A stretch of 64,000 nt of DNA from the NCBI GenBank assembly GCA_027014605.1, contig JALWDJ010000091.1, positions 440-64,439 on the forward strand. Reading direction: 5' to 3'. Positions 60,491 through 64,000 of the stretch are shown here, piece by piece. The stretch is from Campylobacteraceae bacterium. Lineage in GTDB: Bacteria; Campylobacterota; Campylobacteria; Campylobacterales; Sulfurovaceae. Both the position numbers and the translations under genes were made by a program. How positions within the stretch are numbered: the stretch's first letter is position 1; every line of letters begins with the position of its first letter. The notes under the pieces are model-generated. The model was not told the origin of the DNA and made no database searches. It saw only the letters and a list, made by a program, of their open reading frames with translations.

Positions 60491-61199
60491 AGAGATAACT
60501 ATAACAGCACTTAAATATAACCCATCAGATAAAAACTCCAAACCAACTTTTGCAGAGTATAAGCTTACTGAAACTCCTGGAATGACGCTATATATAGCTT
60601 TAACCAAAATTAAAGCCTCTATAGACCATGATTTAAGTAGCGATTTTGTATGTCGTGCTGGAATTTGTGGTGCTTGTGGAATGATTATAAATGGGAAACC
60701 AAGATTAGCATGTAAGACTTTAACAAGTGAGTTCAAAGATGGAAAGATTGAACTACTACCACTTCCAACATTTAAGCTTATTAAAGATTTATCTGTTGAT
60801 ACAGGTTCATGGATGAAAAATATGAGTATTAGGGTTAATAGTTGGATTGAGGCTAAAGAGCAGACTGATATTACTAAAATAGAAAAAATAGTTGAACCAG
60901 AAGTAGCACAAGAGGTATTTGAGTTAGATAGATGTATTGAGTGTGGGTTGTGTGTTGCTAGTTGTTCAACTGCAATCATGAGAAAAGATTTTGTTGGAGC
61001 TGTTGGACTTAATAGAGTAGCTAGATTTCAGATAGACCCACATGATAAGAGAACAGATAGTGATTTCTATGAGATAATTGGAGATGACGAAGGGATATTT
61101 GGTTGTATGAGTCTTTTAGCTTGTGAAGATCACTGTCCAAAAAATTTACCTCTTCAGAGTAAAATAGCATATATGAGAAGAAAGATGGTTAAGGTTTAA
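60483..61199 (+). CDS. frdB: fumarate reductase iron-sulfur subunit
   Basis: 238 aa; [10 protein letters not shown] [2Fe-2S]; [11 protein letters not shown] and CEDHCP [4Fe-4S]/[3Fe-4S]. Confidence 0.9.
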   Translation: MSREITITALKYNPSDKNSKPTFAEYKLTETPGMTLYIALTKIKASIDHDLSSDFVCRAGICGACGMIINGKPRLACKTLTSEFKDGKIELLPLPTFKLIKDLSVDTGSWMKNMSIRVNSWIEAKEQTDITKIEKIVEPEVAQEVFELDRCIECGLCVASCSTAIMRKDFVGAVGLNRVARFQIDPHDKRTDSDFYEIIGDDEGIFGCMSLLACEDHCPKNLPLQSKIAYMRRKMVKV

Positions 61200-62533
61200 T
61201 GGAACACTATATTTTTAATATACCAATGCTTCTCTCTGCAATTATTATGGGAGTTACTTTTATAGGTATTTTTACAGAGGGATTACACGGTTTTCATAGA
61301 ACAAAATTTGCAATGCTTGGTGCTATAGTTATGATTATAGTTGGGCAGATTTATGGATTTTACTCTCCAGAGAAAGCTATAGAGGCTATTGATTGGAATG
61401 TGGTATTTCTTCTTGGAGCTATGATGACTATTGTATCTATTATGTTACCAACAGGTGGATTTGAAGCGATTGCATATAAGATAGCATATATTAGTAAAGG
61501 GAGATTATATATCTTAATGGTTTTAATGGGTACAGCAGTAGCAGTTATCTCTTTAATGTTAGATAATGTAACAACTGTTGTAATTTTTGGACCCATTATT
61601 ATCTTAATTGCAAATGCTCTAAAGGTTAATCCAATCCCATATTTGCTAACAGCAGCGTTACTATCAGATACAGGAGGTGTAGCTACTCTAGTAGGTGACC
61701 CACCAAATCTAATGATAGGTTCTGCTAAAGGTATAGATTTTAATACTTTTTTTCTTCATATGAGTGGAGTTGTACTTATTGCATATATTGCAACTATATT
61801 ATCTCTTAAGTTTCTATTTAAAAAAGAGTTATCTAAAAAAACACAAAATATAGATTTTGAAAGTAAATCTCATATCAAGGATATGGCTACTTGGAGAGTC
61901 TCTTTAGGTGTCTTAGGATTAATGGTTATTTTGTTTATTGTTCATCATCTCTTTCATTGGGATGCTTGGATGGTAGCAACTATTGGATTAACACTTATTC
62001 TATTTCTTGCACCAAATATTGATATGGATGGAGCATTTGGAAAAATAGAGATTACTCTACTTGCTTTTTTTATATCTCTTTTTGTAATTATAGGTGGAGT
62101 TGAACAAACACATTTTTTAGAGTATATTGGAAGCAATATTGAGCCATTTGTAAAATCTAATCTTATGGGTGCTACTATTTTACTTATGTGGGTATCAGCA
62201 ATATTTTCTGCTATGATAGACAATATTCCATTTACAGCTGCTATGATACCAATTATTGCTGGAATTGAGGCACAAGGTATTCCTGCTATGCCTCTATGGT
62301 GGGCTTTGGCTATTGGTGTTGGAATGGGTGGAAATGGAACTCACTTAGGTTCAACTGCTAATGTGTTTATTGTTACTCTATCTGAGAGATTAGCAAAAAA
62401 AGAGAATGACCCATCATTAGCAATTACCCCTTATATATGGTTTAAAAAGGGAACTCCTGCAATGATTGCAACACTCATTGCCTCTACTATAGTATTTTTA
62501 CTATTTTTTGACTTCTTTGCAAAACCGATCTAA
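61199..62533 (+). CDS. ArsB/NhaD-superfamily anion permease, start overlapping the frdB stop (TAATG)
   Basis: 444 aa polytopic protein; SLMLDNVTTVVIF; GDPPNLMIG; MIDNIPFTAAMIP. Confidence 0.7.
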   Translation: MEHYIFNIPMLLSAIIMGVTFIGIFTEGLHGFHRTKFAMLGAIVMIIVGQIYGFYSPEKAIEAIDWNVVFLLGAMMTIVSIMLPTGGFEAIAYKIAYISKGRLYILMVLMGTAVAVISLMLDNVTTVVIFGPIIILIANALKVNPIPYLLTAALLSDTGGVATLVGDPPNLMIGSAKGIDFNTFFLHMSGVVLIAYIATILSLKFLFKKELSKKTQNIDFESKSHIKDMATWRVSLGVLGLMVILFIVHHLFHWDAWMVATIGLTLILFLAPNIDMDGAFGKIEITLLAFFISLFVIIGGVEQTHFLEYIGSNIEPFVKSNLMGATILLMWVSAIFSAMIDNIPFTAAMIPIIAGIEAQGIPAMPLWWALAIGVGMGGNGTHLGSTANVFIVTLSERLAKKENDPSLAITPYIWFKKGTPAMIATLIASTIVFLLFFDFFAKPI

Positions 62534-62556
62534 AAAAGAGCTAAATTAGCTCTTTT
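62534..62556 (+). terminator. rho-independent (bidirectional-looking) terminator after the frd-permease operon
   Basis: aaaaGAGCTAaatTAGCTCtttt: 6-bp stem 62538-62543 / 62547-62552, then T4; an A-run precedes it. Confidence 0.6.
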
Positions 62557-62923
62557 CCCTATTTTAAAAAAACTTTTTGAAAAAGAGTTACTGAAAATAG
62601 CACAAAATAAACATTTTATGGTATCTATACCCATATATTATATGATAATTATGAGCTAGTAACCCTGAATAATAAATCAATATACATTTTAATTATTAAA
62701 ATAATATAGTTTTATATATTAAATTTATTATTGTTGAACTATATAAGTCTTAGAACATCTAAGATAGTTCTTAAGAGTATTAACATACAAAAATGTTTTC
62801 ATAGCTAGTTTTAAGTTCACAAACACCATCAAATGGTAAAACCTACCTCTTTTTAAGAGTAAAGATTGTACTGCTCTTTTGTCTTTAATTGTTAATTCTC
62901 ACTAAAATTGAGATAAAGATTTA

Positions 62924-62937
62924 AGACAATTTTGTCT
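62924..62937. promoter_or_regulatory. perfect 14-bp palindrome AGACAATTTTGTCT just upstream of the cas6 -10 box (candidate operator)
   Basis: Read directly; the half-site TTTTGTCT also occurs at 62877-62884. Confidence 0.25.
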
Positions 62938-62945
62938 ATCTTTAA

Positions 62946-62954
62946 TGCTATAAT
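62946..62954 (+). promoter_or_regulatory. extended -10 promoter TGCTATAAT ending 5 nt before the cas6 ATG (possible leaderless transcript)
   Basis: tgctataat at 62946-62954; ATG at 62960; no purine-rich RBS between them (ttcccc). Confidence 0.35.
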
Positions 62955-62959
62955 TCCCC

Positions 62960-63664
62960 ATGTTAAGTATAAAAACCGAAGTACCAACAAAAGATTTACG
63001 AATAAGAAAAGTGCTATCGAAACTTTTTCAGTCCTATATCTATACAGCATTAGATGACAAAGAGCATGAGGGTTACAGACACCCCAATGGAAAAGTTTTT
63101 AAATCTATGAATTTTAAAATTGCCTATATAGGCAATGAGATACGGGCTAAATATGTTGCTTTAAACCCAGAAAATGAGAAGAAGTTAGCACAATATATGT
63201 TAATGAACTCTCTAAAATTAGGAGAGATACATCTAACTCGTACTGTTATTTCTATTCTTGAAAGAAATAGTAAGATTAAATCTCCTATGAGAGTAGGAGG
63301 ATTTGTAACAGTAGCTATTAAAGATAGAAATAATAGTAAAAGAAAGATATATCTTGAACCTAAAAGTGAAGAGTTTCAGGAAAAAATTCATAAAAATATC
63401 ATAGAAAAGTATGAGGCTCTTTTTGGCAAAAAATATGAAGGAGAGTTAAAAATAAGAGTAATAGACCAAAAGCCTCATGCAAAGATTTTCTACTACTCTA
63501 AAGGGGTTATAAAAGCGTGGTATGGTGTCTATGAGATAGAAGCTAACGAAGATATGCTTAGACTGATACTCGATACAGGTATGGGAAGCAATGCTATGAA
63601 AGGAGTTGGGTTTGTGGAGCTTGTGAAGCCTAAGGTTAAGAGAGAAGTAGGTGAAGATGGGTGA
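62960..63664 (+). CDS. cas6: CRISPR-associated endoribonuclease Cas6
   Basis: 234 aa; C-terminal glycine-rich loop GMGSNAMKGVGFVE (GxGxxxxxGxG); size and N-terminus typical; followed by an overlapping cas gene. Confidence 0.75.
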   Translation: MLSIKTEVPTKDLRIRKVLSKLFQSYIYTALDDKEHEGYRHPNGKVFKSMNFKIAYIGNEIRAKYVALNPENEKKLAQYMLMNSLKLGEIHLTRTVISILERNSKIKSPMRVGGFVTVAIKDRNNSKRKIYLEPKSEEFQEKIHKNIIEKYEALFGKKYEGELKIRVIDQKPHAKIFYYSKGVIKAWYGVYEIEANEDMLRLILDTGMGSNAMKGVGFVELVKPKVKREVGEDG

Positions 63665-64000
63665 CATAGTCAAAACACTTGCAAATATAGGTACACACTA
63701 CCTAGAAGATGAGAAGAGAGTAAAAAACAAAGCGTATGAATATACAAAGGTTAAAGTTTATCTTTTTGATATAGAGAGTAAAGCAATAGAGGTCTCATTA
63801 AACACTCCCTATGATGAGCTAATTATTACTCGTTTTGGTGTAGGAGCAAATAGTGGTAATCTCTTTCCAAATATTTTCTTTAAACAAAAAGATGTCAATG
63901 TCAATTTTAAGAAGTTTGTCAATGCTATTTTAAAAGCCAATAAAAATCTACTATCCTATTTTAGCCAAGAGGAGATTGAAAAAGATACTATATTGAAGCA
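63657..64000 (+). CDS. cas8b: partial (N-terminal 114 codons) candidate type I-B large subunit Cas8b/TM1802-like; runs off the window
   Basis: Open frame from ATG 63657 (ATGGGTGA overlap with the cas6 stop): MGDIVKTLANIGTHYLEDEK...ITRFGVGANSGNLFPNIFF...; call based mainly on its position after cas6. Confidence 0.45.
   Translation, partial: MGDIVKTLANIGTHYLEDEKRVKNKAYEYTKVKVYLFDIESKAIEVSLNTPYDELIITRFGVGANSGNLFPNIFFKQKDVNVNFKKFVNAILKANKNLLSYFSQEEIEKDTILK

Noticed and set aside
62728-62829. A 33-codon minus-strand ORF (MVFVNLKLAMKTFLYVNTLKNYLRCSKTYIVQQ) in the cas6 upstream region.
   Set aside because: There is no well-spaced RBS and no recognisable motif. An ORF this size is easily produced by chance. 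It is noted only in case ribosome profiling or conservation supports it.
62534-62959. A possible CRISPR array or leader upstream of cas6.
   Set aside because: I found no direct repeats of 24-40 nt at regular spacing. Only short half-site repeats (TTTTGTCT) are present. Type I-B arrays normally follow cas2, which is beyond the window.
616-63673. About 20 short ORFs in the track lying antisense to, or out of frame within, long well-supported genes: 616-807, 1054-1257, 2293-2523, 3346-3573, 4067-4363, 5614-5823, 10541-10726, 11961-12146, 20285-20590, 22196-22387, 24486-24728, 25205-25408, 31025-31396, 32500-32709, 33606-33824, 40934-41155, 45570-45824, 60470-60979, 61360-61596, 61954-62223 and 63446-63673.
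   Set aside because: Each is fully or largely embedded in a longer ORF with clear family motifs. Their translations are low-complexity (S/L/I/F-rich) with no motifs. They look like shadow ORFs typical of AT-rich DNA.
1-64000. Poly-G/poly-C phase-variation tracts of the kind typical for Campylobacter/Helicobacter glycan genes.
   Set aside because: The longest G or C runs I saw are 5 nt (for example 21036-21040 and 59586-59590). Only A/T homopolymers reach 8-10 nt.

Overview
This is an AT-rich bacterial chromosome segment. Spot counts of 60-nt lines range from about 17% to 40% GC. The core genes look like Campylobacterota (epsilonproteobacteria): frdCAB with a dihaem cytochrome b, the run aroB / MscS-like / mtaB / FtsH paralogue / small esterase, folD-lepB, dapE, ribD and dprA.

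Layout:
- 0.2-2.9 kb: small ORF, dapE, small ORF, orphan sensor kinase.
- 2.9-38.5 kb: one uninterrupted minus-strand surface-polysaccharide locus of about 35.6 kb. It encodes Wza/Wzc-type export, rfbA/rfbB, two dTDP-aminosugar branches, an ALS-like TPP enzyme with a WbqC-like protein, two Wzx flippases, one Wzy candidate, six glycosyltransferases, two AsnB-like amidotransferases, a heparinase II/III-like protein, an MBOAT + DltD-like pair, two large unassigned proteins and wecC.
- 38.7-42.3 kb: VKOR-like/thioredoxin fusion, cytochrome c, folD, lepB, rpiB.
- 42.2-42.9 kb: decayed IS200/IS605-type tnpB relic.
- 42.9-57.7 kb: repeat protein, DUF1566 protein, ribD, dprA, DASS transporter, ferredoxin + cbiC, then the aroB-to-adk block.
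- 57.8-62.5 kb: frdCAB plus a translationally coupled permease.
- 62.96 kb to the end: start of a type I-B-like cas operon (cas6 and the N-terminus of a cas8b-like gene).

I saw no rRNA, tRNA or CRISPR array.

The best candidates for something undescribed are:
1. The extremely AT-rich four-gene block at 5.4-12.1 kb: a formyltransferase-like fusion protein, an 833-aa exported protein, an MBOAT and a DltD-like partner.
2. The TPP-enzyme / WbqC-like / aminotransferase sugar module at 30.0-33.5 kb.
3. A 48-nt repeat pair that brackets the locus and is tied to the IS relic.

All functional calls rest on motifs I recognise by eye. No database search was run.
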